Shown here one piece after another: positions 1 through 11,117 of a stretch of DNA of 64,000 nt. The notes below the pieces were generated by a model that was not told where the DNA came from, did no database searches, and saw only the letters and a list, made by a program, of their open reading frames with translations. The position numbers and the translations under genes are program-made. Each line of letters opens with the position of its first letter. Positions within the stretch are counted from its first letter, which is position 1. Origin of the DNA: Octopus bimaculoides (Eukaryota); assembly GCF_001194135.2 (NCBI RefSeq), contig NC_068986.1, positions 9,858,775 through 9,922,774 of the forward strand, in the 5' to 3' direction.

Positions 1-85
1 ATATATGTATGTATATATATATATATACACACACACACATTTGCACATATATATACATGGATCAAAACAGTTTGATTCAAATTCG

Positions 86-126
86 TTGTTACTCCGAGTT
101 TCAAGCGTGATGCTAATCTTCAGCCA
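86..126 (-). ncRNA. Degenerate hammerhead downstream of the Penelope ORF
   Basis: Minus strand TGG-CTGAAGA-TTAGCATCACGCTT-GAAA-CTCGGAG-TA; AGC/GCT stem II, CTC/GAG stem III, stem I poorly paired. Confidence 0.5.
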
Positions 127-279
127 TTTGGAATTTGAATGAGAGAAGTCGAATGTTATTGCCGTAAGGTGGGCTGCGATTGGACGAAGAAGGTCACGTG
201 GTGTCGTTGTTTGATGTTGAAGCGACAACAGTTACTGGAGGGAAAGTAGGAAGGTGCGGTATGTGCAAGTATATAGTTG

Positions 280-590
280 TATATGTGAGTGTGTGGACGT
301 GCTCATATGGTTTTGCGTGCATGTCTATACTGATGCGAGCGTATGTATTTGTACATGGGCGCATACGCACATACCCAACCGACCAAACACCCACCTACCC
401 ACAGACACACACACATGAACGAACATGCGCGCGCGTACACACACACATGCATACACATGCGAGCACACACACACACATGGCTATTCCTTTATATGTACAT
501 ATGCATACATGTACGCATGCATATTAGTGTACACGTGCATATGCGTACTCTCGCGCGCGTTCATGCATGAATAGGCATGCGCATAACGAG
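280..590. repeat. Degenerate alternating purine-pyrimidine low-complexity tract
   Basis: Mixed TA/CA/TG/CG dinucleotide runs giving spurious H/T/M-rich ORFs. Confidence 0.8.
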
Positions 591-654
591 CATTGGGGAT
601 TGGTAATTGGTGGTCCTACTCATGGGGTTGTTTGGTGATGGTGACCTTGGTGCA

Positions 655-1535
655 GGCGGTGCAGGGTAGCAGCTGGTGCTAAGGTGATATATCCGGGCTC
701 TCAGAGGTCAGGGGCTTGAAATTTGCCAGAAGGGCATACCTCTGGTGACAGCAATGAGATAAATCGTCTCTTGTTAATGGATACTGAATGTTTTTGGAGG
801 ATATGGAGTTTTTGGCGGAGACAGAGCTGGTAATTGGGGGCGCCGGGTGAATATGGTGGCGCGCTGTCAACAGTAGCCCACTTGATGCTGGGTGTTTTGT
901 CTCTGAGGTCACGGATTCTCCAGAGAAAACGAGACAGGGAAGTAGAGTTCTCTCTGTTCCAGGATCTGAATGAGTGCATATGCTGGGAGTATCTTCCCTT
1001 GAAGTTATTAGCTGTCATACCCGTATAGTGTCTACTAATACTATCGGATGGTGTAAGACTGGCTCTGTATACTATGGCCCTTGAGAGGAAAGGTCTTTCT
1101 AGAGGGCACATGGTGGGGTTTCGGAAGTTGCAGGTTGGGGTTTCGGAAGTTGCAGGTTGGGGGTGGAGGTGGTGCGGGTGCATTTTTACGTCTGTCGATG
1201 TGTACGATGTAAGATGCGATGATGTCTAAGCGGGAGTAGCTCACTATGACATTATAGGAGTTGAAGAGTTTGTAATATTTGTGGCCTCTGGCGAAGTGTT
1301 TCCTAATTAACGACAGGAAGCCCCTAGTTACGTTGGTGGAAACGTCTAGGTTGAAAGGGAGGTTATACCATATTATTTTCCTCTTCCTAATCCTTTTAGG
1401 GTGAGAAGAGGGTGTTTGGGGGTTGTCCACATACGTGAGCTTCTCAGTAAACCCGCTCCTAGCCAAAGCTTTGTTGTAGTGGGGGCAGCCTTGTTAAAGA
1501 TCTCTCTATTGGCCGAGAAATTTGTAGCAGAATGA
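655..1535 (-). mobile_element. Penelope-like retroelement fragment: RT C-terminus, linker and GIY-YIG endonuclease (frameshifted)
   Basis: RKRKIIWYNLPF...TNV...FL.LI.KHF linker and CPL...IVY.A...YTGMT..FK.RY.QH..SF GIY-YIG motif in ORFs 1041-1466 and 701-1183; a 22-bp tandem duplication at 1115-1158 shifts the frame. Confidence 0.9.
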
Positions 1536-1583
1536 CAAACTACTATCTCTTCCTTTTATTTATAGCTGTTGTTTGGACGTAGC

Positions 1584-1714
1584 AGAGAACACTTAGCTAT
1601 AAAGATCATGTTTTAACCATTTGCTCTGATTGGTTTAGTTTTTAGGGGCAATTTGTTCCCTAAAAATTATCCGGTCAACCAATCAGATGCGCTCAAATGG
1701 ATCACTTGTTCTCT
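1584..1714. repeat. Imperfect palindrome containing paired CCAAT boxes
   Basis: AGAGAACA/TGTTCTCT, CCATTTG/CAAATGG, CTGATTGGTT/AACCAATCAG and TTTTTAGGG/CCCTAAAAA are nested. Confidence 0.7.
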
Positions 1715-2970
1715 TGGCGGAAAAACCTTTCACATCTCTGTGGAGCCTAGCAATTTTCTTAAATAGATCAGTTTTTCTCCACTTAGTCTAGCTTGCGTTT
1801 TTTGCTCCAGGAAGCTATTTGCTCGCTTTCTCCACGTTACGATACAATGAAATTTATCACCGCTACCAGCTCTTTCTGCATCTAACGTCGACAACGACAT
1901 CATCATAATTCATCCTCGCGTATGTAAACTCACTAAGTAAATATGACTTTTAGAAACCTTCGTTTACCTTATACGATGTTTAATGTGGATTCACATTCAT
2001 GCTGAATTATGCAGCAATCTTATGTTCTCTTCATAGAACACTTGTATGACTTACCAGTTCTTTTGGTATAATAGAAGATTTTTGCTTTTCTTGTTTATGT
2101 CTCCTCACAGACATGTATATTCTAACAAGTCGCTTCTTAATTTTTGCACTTCTCTTCAATAAACACTGAGTTAAACTTGCAAAGCTGTTTATCTTCTTTC
2201 AATTTTTAATTTTTATTTTAGCGGGTTACTAAACTTTCAGTTTGGTCTTCTGCTAAAGATCAGTTAGTCGTTCGCTAATGCCTGAAACCAGGCTTGTAAT
2301 TACAGCGGTGGGTGGTTTGAGCTCTTGTAGATGTATACTGTTTCCTGAATGGGGGTGATTACTCCACACCATCTCGGCAATACACTTATGTATTGTTTTT
2401 TAATTGCTGAAAGTTACAAAAAAAAAAAAAGTGAATCGGCTGAGAGTTTTGTGCATGGTGCTTACCAAAATTGTTTGTAACTATCTGTTGATTAAAAAAT
2501 AAAAATGTATAACCTAGCGATTCGGCAAAACAAACCGATACAATAAGTACCAGGTCCTGGGGTCGATTTGTTCGACTAAAAACCCTTCAAGGCGGTGCCC
2601 CAGCATGGCCGCAGTTCAATGACTGAAACAAAAGAAGACACACACACACACACTCACGCATTTATCTATCTATCTGTCTGTCTGTGTGTAGGGTGGAGTT
2701 ATCAACTTCAAACTCTGAAAGCATATACTTGAATATGTATTTTAACATATGCAAGTGAAAAAGAAAGTGAGAAGGACAGAGAGAAAGAGAATGAGAGGAT
2801 GTGTGTCTGTTTCGATAAGTTGAACAATTTCCCACATGTGACTTGAAGCGGATTTGGTTATAACTTTTTCTTTGGCAACTGACAGAACTCGGACGACAGG
2901 CAAATTAGGTAAATACTCGACCGCAACGGCAACAGGGAGAATATTTTAGAAACAACAATTTATTTAGAAT

Positions 2971-3037
2971 ATGTCTTCAACGATATTGAAATCTTTTTTA
3001 TTTCTAATATTTCTCGTGGGACCTATCGAAGCCTTTT
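2971..3037 (+). CDS. SCPEP1: SCPEP1-like serine carboxypeptidase, coding exon 1 (signal peptide MSSTILKSFLFLIFLVGPIEAF)
   Basis: ATG at 2971, hydrophobic signal-peptide-like stretch, phase-1 donor T|GTAAGT; T+TG joins exon 2 in frame (L-FDKF). Confidence 0.8.
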
Positions 3038-5688
3038 GTAAGTATCCTCTAAAATATTTACTCCACCGACTCCGTCTCTTCCACAAAATTTCTAACTTTC
3101 CAAAATTACCAAAGTGAGAATTCGAATTAAAATTATTGCTATAAATGGCTGAATATTTAGAAAGTCTTCTAATACTTTTTGTGGTATATAATGGCGTCGC
3201 TTTACGAAGTGGGTTCAATTCCTATCAGTGTCGACTTTATCGTTAATTCCTTGCATATATCTGTGCTTTTGTCTCAATTTTAATATAAAATTATGGAAGG
3301 GTATGTTAGCAGAATCGGAAATGCTTTACATTTTATTTACATATTTTCCTTACCCTTCGAGTTCAAAACGCATTGAATTGGTTTTGGCTGGTATCGAAAG
3401 AAAATATGTTTATGAAGTTATAAAACTGTCGCGACACACACACACACACACACACGACTATCAAACTTGTACCATTATGCAGATAAACTTTCTAATTTAG
3501 TCACTTGTTTATATTTCATTGACGAACCTTCAGTTACAAACATGAGTGGTTTGGGCGAAGAATGAAACCGATAGACTTCGGCCCTCTGCCAAATTTTGAA
3601 AGACTTATTTAACAATAAAGTAGTTGAATCANNNNNNNNNNNNNNNNNNNNNNNNNNNNNNNNNNNNNNNNNNNNNNNNNNNNNNNNNNNNNNNNNNNNN
3701 NNNNNNNNNNNNNNNNNNNNNNNNNNNNNNNNNNNNNNNNNNNNNNNNNNNNNNNNNNNNNNNNNNNNNNNNNNNNNNNNNNNNNNNNNNNNNNNNNNNN
3801 NNNNNNNNNNNNNNNNNNNNNNNNNNNNNNNNNNNNNNNNNNNNNNNNNNNNNNNNNNNNNNNNNNNNNNNNNNNNNNNNNNNNNNNNNNNNNNNNNNNN
3901 NNNNNNNNNNNNNNNNNNNNNNNNNNNNNNNNNNNNNNNNNNNNNNNNNNNNNNNNNNNNNNNNNNNNNNNNNNNNNNNNNNNNNNNNNNNNNNNNNNNN
4001 NNNNNNNNNNNNNNNNNNNNNNNNNNNNNNNNNNNNNNNNNNNNNNNNNNNNNNNNNNNNNNNNNNNNNNNNNNNNNNNNNNNNNNNNNNNNNNNNNNNN
4101 NNNNNNNNNNNNNNNNNNNNNNNNNNNNNNNNNNNNNNNNNNNNNNNNNNNNNNNNNNNNNNNNNNNNNNNNNNNNNNNNNNNNNNNNNNNNNNNNNNTT
4201 ATTATTATTATTTTTTTTTTGTTTTGTCAAAAACCCACGTTTTCGGATACGGAGATTCCAGAAAATTGCCAAAAATCGGAATTTTGAAACCCCCCCCACT
4301 TACTCTTCCTCCCCAATTTCTTCATATTTCACTTTTTTCCGTAACCCTAACCCTAAAACCCCAACCCTAATCCTAAATAAAACATGGGATTCCGTAACAA
4401 AAAAACAAAACAAAACAAACAAATTTTAAGTGGGGAAAGGGTTCCGTTAACATCTCCATGGGAGCCGCGAATTTTACAGCAAGAATAAATACATATTGGT
4501 TTATCTATAAATGACTTGGACTGTTTTGGTTCTGTGTTTTATCGCTATTTTTTACAAATGTTTGTTTATTTTATCATAAGTAAACAAAAGTTAATGTCGA
4601 ACAAGGAAGGCTTGGATTTTGATAAAGATTTGTAGTGATTGATTTCATTTGAGTCTTATTAATAACATAATAGTCAGTTTACCAACCTGAACCGACTCAT
4701 GATATAGTGGCGAAAGTAAAGAATATGCACACCACCCGTCTTCGGCGTAACAAAAACATTAACCCTAATCCTAGGGTGTGCGTTTTCTTTACCTTCGCCG
4801 ATATAGTTTGTTCTGCAACGCTGATATAACCAAAGCAACCCTGGTCTAGCAATGCTACGGCAGCAGTGCCCAGCCAAACGAGAAGGCATGTCACCTCTTC
4901 TTAGATCCATTTCTCTTTGTCTCCCTCTTGTTAAGAATCACATTGTTCACTGAAATACGGGAACGGATTGCATGCGGTGCTGTGTCGTGTCTGGATATGT
5001 TACAGTCTGTTCATGGCCACACTCTATTCTTTGATGCAGTAGATTCTGATGAAAGCCACCATGGATGTGGTTAAGAAGGACTTGGTCAGAGCCCAACAGT
5101 TGCTGTTCCTCTACCCTTATCGTTGGCGGTGGCCATCTAGACACAATGTTTGAAGCTAATAAGGATAATGGTGTGGAAATAATTTGTGTAGGTTGACTAA
5201 CCTTGGGTAGTTGCATGTAGTTGCATATTAGGGGTGGCTGTGTGGTAAGAAGTTTGCTTTCCCAACCACATGGTTTCGAGTTCAGTCCCACTGTGTAGTA
5301 CCTTGGGAAAGTGTCTTCTACTATATAGCCTTGGGCCAACCAAAGACTTGTGATTGGATTTGGTAGAGGGAAACTGAAAGAAGCCTATTGTACAAATATA
5401 TATATATATATCATCGTTTAACGTCCGCTTTCCATGCTAGCATGGGTTGGACGATTTGACTGAGGACTGGTGAAACCGGATGGCAACACCAGGCTCCAAT
5501 CTAAATTTTCTGAGTTTCTACAGATGGATGCCCTTCCTAACGCCAACCACTCAGAGAGTGTAGTAGGTGCTTTTACGTGCCACCCACACAAGCCAGTCCA
5601 GGGGCACTGGTAACGATCTCATATATATATATATATATATGTCCAACCCATGCTAGCATGGAAAGCGGACGTTAAACGATATATATAT

Positions 5689-6106
5689 AATTGAAAAAAT
5701 TGGAGTGAACAAGAAGGAGTATGGTTGGACATTTATTTTTTTACTCACTACAATTGTATCCATGCAATGTAGTTCTCCAGATGCAGGTATTTGATTATGC
5801 AACTGTTTTCCTGCTTTATGAGATCTAGTTGCGTTCCCTCTAGCAATATGTAAATATTGTTTCTGTAAGTTTAAAATCCTTGGCTTCAAGACAGACAGAG
5901 GGGATGTTATGGAAGCAGAGGATTTTAAACTTACAGAGACAATATTTACATATTGCTAGAGGGAACACAACTAGATCTCATAATGCAGGGAAACAGTTGC
6001 ATAATCAAATACCTGCATCTGGAGAATTATATTGCATGGAAACAATTGTAGTGAGTAAAAAAAATAAATGTCCAACTTCTTTGTTGACTCCAATGTTTTT
6101 GTAATT
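5689..6106. repeat. Long foldback (about 195-bp arms, about 24-nt loop)
   Basis: 5689-5887 is the reverse complement of 5912-6106; the ORF track shows near-identical peptides on opposite strands (5653-5889 minus, 5880-6104 plus). Confidence 0.9.
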
Positions 6107-6282
6107 ACCTATTCACACATAACACATGCCCAAACACAAACCTGGAAGTTCGTATAATACAACTTCTACTGGATAACACAGGGGGAAATCTGAAGGTGAA
6201 CGAGCACTTTATACTGTACTCTACTACGTTCTTCGCTGACCACTAGACACATTTTTTTCTCTCCTTGTTTCTTTCTGTGTTC

Positions 6283-6318
6283 CTTTCTGTTGAAGAGCGT
6301 AGGCTCGAAACGTTAAAG
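6283..6318 (+). ncRNA. Degenerate minimal hammerhead (core A6 to U)
   Basis: CTTT-CTGTTGA-A-GAGC-GTAG-GCTC-GAAA-CG-TT-AAAG; stems I and II pair, AACGTT palindrome. Confidence 0.5.
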
Positions 6319-6434
6319 ACTTTCTCTATTCCTGAGCATTATACTAATACATCCATTTGTTGTTTACACCACCTGTCTTTGTCTGTTGTTTTTTCGTGAA
6401 TTCTCCCTATATATATATATATATATATATATTA

Positions 6435-6770
6435 ATTGAAGTGTATTGAGGTCTGGGGAATGAGGGGGCCATTTCATCACTCTCATCCCTCTTTCCTCAA
6501 ACCAATCCATTGAGGCTCTGAATGTGTGGCATGGAGCATTGTTTTGTTGAAAGATTTCACTGTCTGGAATGTTATCATTGAAGATTTTAGCTAAGGAAGT
6601 TTGATAAACTTGATCTAACATGCTGGTGTAAGCATTGGAATTCATTCTGCCCTCACAAGTGAACAACATTCCTGGGCCTGAAGATGACATACGGCCCCAA
6701 ATACTTCCTCTTCCAAATTTGACTGTTGGGACCACACATCCAGGACAATAGCCTTCCCAACTCTACAGCA
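6435..6770 (-). mobile_element. Tc1-family transposase fragment
   Basis: ORF 6364-6735: PTVKFG.GS.WG...G.MNS..Y...FQQNNAPCH...WPPHSPDLN; truncated at a (TA)n run. Confidence 0.88.
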
Positions 6771-8816
6771 AACCTAAACAGCTCCAAAGATCTGAGGAGA
6801 AAAATGAGATTTACTGATCATTTTTGGTATCCAATAAAAAATTTGTACAAGTTTAAGAATTTCAATTATTCCAAATAAAGTGGTGGAAATGAATGGTGAA
6901 TAGATATTAGAAGGTGCAATGAGAACTGAACCTGAAACCATGTGGTTAGGAAGTAAACTTCTTAACCACATCTGCACCTTGGTTGGTTGGTTATATTTGA
7001 TGTTCTTTTCTGTTGCTGGTAAAAAAAAGAGACAATGGGTTTTGGTACACTTTAGCAGATGTGATTGCATTTGGCCATATTCATAGAAAGTGAGGGGCCA
7101 CAAGGTTTTGTGTTTGTCACTCATTGTTATTTACTGCTGTAAACTCAAAATACACCTTTGAGTCTGTATGTGTTTATGTATGTCACCAATGGCATTTATT
7201 CCACAAAGCAACCCTTTCTATCAGTTTTTGTGGGGAATCTTATAAAACTATCAGCTGAAAGTGAGAAAACACCATTATCTGTATTTGATAGGATAATATT
7301 TACATCTTGCCTCTCAGTTCTGTAGGGATAACAAGTTTGAAGAAAGCGGGGGCAGGAAGTTTTGAAAGCTCATGGGACGTGTCTCCTTAGAGTGTAATAA
7401 ATACTGCAGGAATCTTATTCCATATAAGGAAATATGCGGGAAAAGTTATCTTCTTTGTCTTTTGTTGCAATTACGACCAACACATTCCATGTTGAAATTG
7501 TTCCATTCCTGTAACTGAACTTCTTATTGGCTATCATTGAGAAAATCAAAGCCAATGTATTCTTTTCTACTCTAGGCACAAGGCCAGACATTTTTGGGGA
7601 GGGGGATAGTTGATTAGAGCAACCCCTGTACATAACTGGTACTTAATTTATCGACCCCGAAAGGATGAAAGGCAAAGTTGAACTCAGTGAAATTTGAACT
7701 CAGAACATAAAGACAGACGAAATACCGTTAAGCATTTCGCCTGGCATGCCAATACATTGATGATGGGATCAATGTGAGAATGACATCCGAGAGACAACTT
7801 GTCCATCAAGTTGAAAGATTGGTGGCTTTTAAGCTTGTTTGTAATATTCAGGTGGCTTTCAGTTTTCATGTCAGCTAACTTTTTCTCAACTACAACTTTA
7901 ATCTTTATGCTCTCCAACGCTGTTGACAGTTAACCAATTCATCAAGATATAAAATATCATGAAATTTATCCCAAACAGCCTACATTTGTTCAGTGTACTT
8001 ATCAAGATCTGTAGTTATTGTTCATAGGGCTCTGACAGTTATTGGTTTGGCTACCACCTTTTTCAAACGATCGCAACTGCTTAAGCTCCCAAGCTAACCG
8101 GTCGTATCTTATCAACTTTTTCTTTCTTCTTTATCACATTCTCTTGTTGTCACCTAAACATGTTATATCTATGATTCAGCACTGTTTGATTTCTTTCTTG
8201 ATTATCACCATATCTGCTTTCCTATTCTCTATCTCATTCTAACACTGAATCATAGATTCTCACAGGATCTTTCTATTATCTTTTTCAATAATGCTTCTGG
8301 GTTTATGTTTGAGTCACTTTCCTGCTTTGTCACTGACCATAATGCTAGGTTGCATATCCAACAGTGGGCAGTCACTGCAGTTGAAACAAATGTAGGTCCT
8401 GTAAAGATGCTGTAAATAACTCTTAAATAAAATTATGGATGTGAAAGATCTCCGTTCTCCTTATCAATAATATTAATATGCCAATTTGTTCTTTTTGTAC
8501 ATACCTGTTGTGTACATATCTGTCGTTTTTTTTTCAGGCATGTTTAACGTTCTTTCTACAAACTACAAACAAGACCCCTCCCTTCCTTTTTTACTTTTCA
8601 TTCAAAAACTAATGCAAATTTCGAAGGGGGTATATCTATCAAAAGAGCCCAGAAAATTGGGTAATACCCCTAAAAAATGGGTGGGAGAGAAAAGTTGCCA
8701 ACAGGTGGCTACACAAAATTCAACTCTATGCTTTAAAGAGTGTCCTCTACTTTTGTCTCCGACCGACCGAAGCCTTGTGAGTGAATTTGGTAGACAGAAA
8801 CTGAAAGAAGCCTGTC

Positions 8817-8849
<33 letters not shown>

Positions 8850-10060
8850 TATGATGGGCTTGACAACCGATGTTAGTGTGTTTGCATCCCTGTAACTTAG
8901 CAGTTCGGCATAAGAGACTGAAAGAATAAGCACCAGGCTTACAGGGAATAAGTTCAGGGGTTGATTTCTTTGATTAAAGGGCGGTGCTCCAGCATGGCCA
9001 CCATCAAATTACTGAAAGAAGTAAAAGAATACCAGAACATTCCGTACCCCTCAACCAAGAAGGTTCTTTGAATATGTATTTTAAGGCTAAATAGTAATTC
9101 TGTTTATATTTGCATAACAGATATTTTGGTTGGATTATATAGTTATTGGTTCTACATTTCTTTCTATATTCTGTGTCACAATATAGAAACATTTCTCATG
9201 GCACCAGCACACAATTTACAGATGCTTACATTTTTTAATGTTTTCCGTGAAGTTTTTCACGGGTCCAGCTAGTCATTATTATTACTATATACATATATAT
9301 ACCAGTGTCGGTCATTGCCAGTGCTGTCTGACTGGCTCCAGTACCGGTGGTACGTAAAAGGCACCATTCAAGCATGGTCGATGCCAGAGTCACCTGACTG
9401 ACTCCTGTGCCGGTGACATGTAAAAAGCACCCACTACACTCTCGGAGTGGTTGGCGTTAGGAAGAGCGTCCAGCTGTAGAAACTTTGCCAGATTGGATTG
9501 GAGCCTGGTGCAGCCTTCTGGCTCACCAGTCCTCAGTCAAACCGTCCAACCCATGCCAGCATGGAAGGCGGACATTAAACGACGACATGTGTGTGTAAAG
9601 TATATACAGTATACAATAAAACAAAGAAGGAAAGTATACATAGTATGCAACAGTAAAGAGAAGGAATAAGAAGAAAGACTCTAAGAATAATTGGGGAACC
9701 CCACCATTCAAGATCTCTCTAAACATGGTCAAGTGCCTTTTTGAATTCTTTTTCTCCAACTTAGAGAGTGGTATCATACACTGAGAAGCATGGCAACATG
9801 GCTGGGATAATCTACTGGACACATTGCAACAAGTATGCACTTGACAAAACAGATTTATTATTAATGATAAACATTCAGTCCAACGTTGACCTATTTTGAG
9901 GACTGTGTTTTGTTTCACCTTCCACATTTAGTGGAGGTGAACTCTAAGTCAAGATTCCTACAACTATTAACAGTAGTAGCATCCATACCTCCTAAAGAAC
10001 ACTTTGTTCATTCAGTTTGTAGAGTCTGTCGGTATCACTTAGAAACGGCGAAGGGTGAAG

Positions 10061-10144
10061 GACCCTGATGAAACTGCACCGACCATGATGCTAGGTTGCA
10101 TATTCAACTGTGTGCAGTTGCTGCAGTTGAAACACATGTAGGTC
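10061..10144 (+). ncRNA. Type I hammerhead ribozyme with extended, branched stem II
   Basis: GACC-CTGATGA-AACTGCA-[43 nt]-TGCAGTT-GAAA-CACATG-TA-GGTC: all core nucleotides plus stems I (4 bp), II (7 bp) and III. Confidence 0.85.
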
Positions 10145-10428
10145 TCATAAGGATGCTGTAAGTAACTGCTAAATAAAATAATGGATGTGGAAGATCTCTG
10201 TTCTCCTTACCATTATTAATACTATTGCTTACTCTTTGGAAACTATGCAGTCTTGAACAGGACACTCAGATTTACCCAGCGAGAAAAGTTACCAGAGCCT
10301 AGTGACTTATTGTTAGCGAAGGTACAACTTAAGGACCATTGTGGTTAGTTGGCAGCTGAAACCAACTTCAGAGAAAACATGGTAACTGACAAGATAATAT
10401 ATCCCTTTAAACATTTAAACACAGTCTT

Positions 10429-10465
<37 letters not shown>

Positions 10466-11086
10466 CTGGGTGCAATGGGTAAATTGTTGTGATTTTATAT
10501 TTTTAATGTTATGCATGCACATTGTTTATTTTTGATTTTGTCAACTTCACAGCACGGTAGGGTCAGTTGGGCACCGTTTTTGAGAAAACAGCACCATGAC
10601 ACAATTCATTCTGCCAGAAGTTTGGAACTGACATACTATACTGTTTGGCATTCATGCCAGAAGCTCCAACATGAACATTTCAGAGTGTTTGGGTATTAAT
10701 ATGAGGACATGTAACAAGAGTGATAAAAATCAAGCATCCAGTCAACATCATGGTGTTTGGAGTGATCACTAGTGATGGCGATGTTATACTTCCGTTCTTC
10801 TTTCAATATGGCCTCAGACTCAACATGGGGTCCTACATCAAGTGCCTGGAGGAGGTAGTGCTACCCTGGGTCAAGAGGGTGGCTGCTAGCAATAGGACTC
10901 TGCACCATGCCAGACAAACAGGAGAACCCAGTCATGGCTGTCAGACATTTCTGCGACCACATCACCCCTAACATCTGGCAACTTAACTCTCCAGACTGCA
11001 ACTCCCTTGACTGTTATGTGTGGGGTGCAGTTGAGTGAGAGACTAACAAAACTCCTTGTAATACCAAAGATCAACTGAAGGCAAGG

Positions 11087-11092
<6 letters not shown>
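10466..11092 (+). mobile_element. Tc1/mariner (maT/DD37D-like) transposon remnant
   Basis: Starts TA-CTGGGTG after (TA)n; KHPVNIMVFGVITSDG...Y.KCLEEVVLPW, then frameshifted DSAPC...W..NSPDCNSLD.YVWGAVE. Confidence 0.85.

Positions 11093-11117
<25 letters not shown>

Noticed and set aside
1847-1885. ATG AAA TTT ATC... as the signal-peptide exon
   Set aside because: Stops after 12 codons; 2971-3037 gives a proper signal peptide and a phase-compatible donor.
4674-4910. ORF with CRTNYIGE resembling a GIY-YIG motif
   Set aside because: Only a few residues match, the first half-motif is missing and the upstream frame is closed.
5046-5085. CTGATGA followed by a GCCAC/GTGGT stem
   Set aside because: No GAAA, stem III or stem I; the same holds for CTGATGA near 14344 and 48634.
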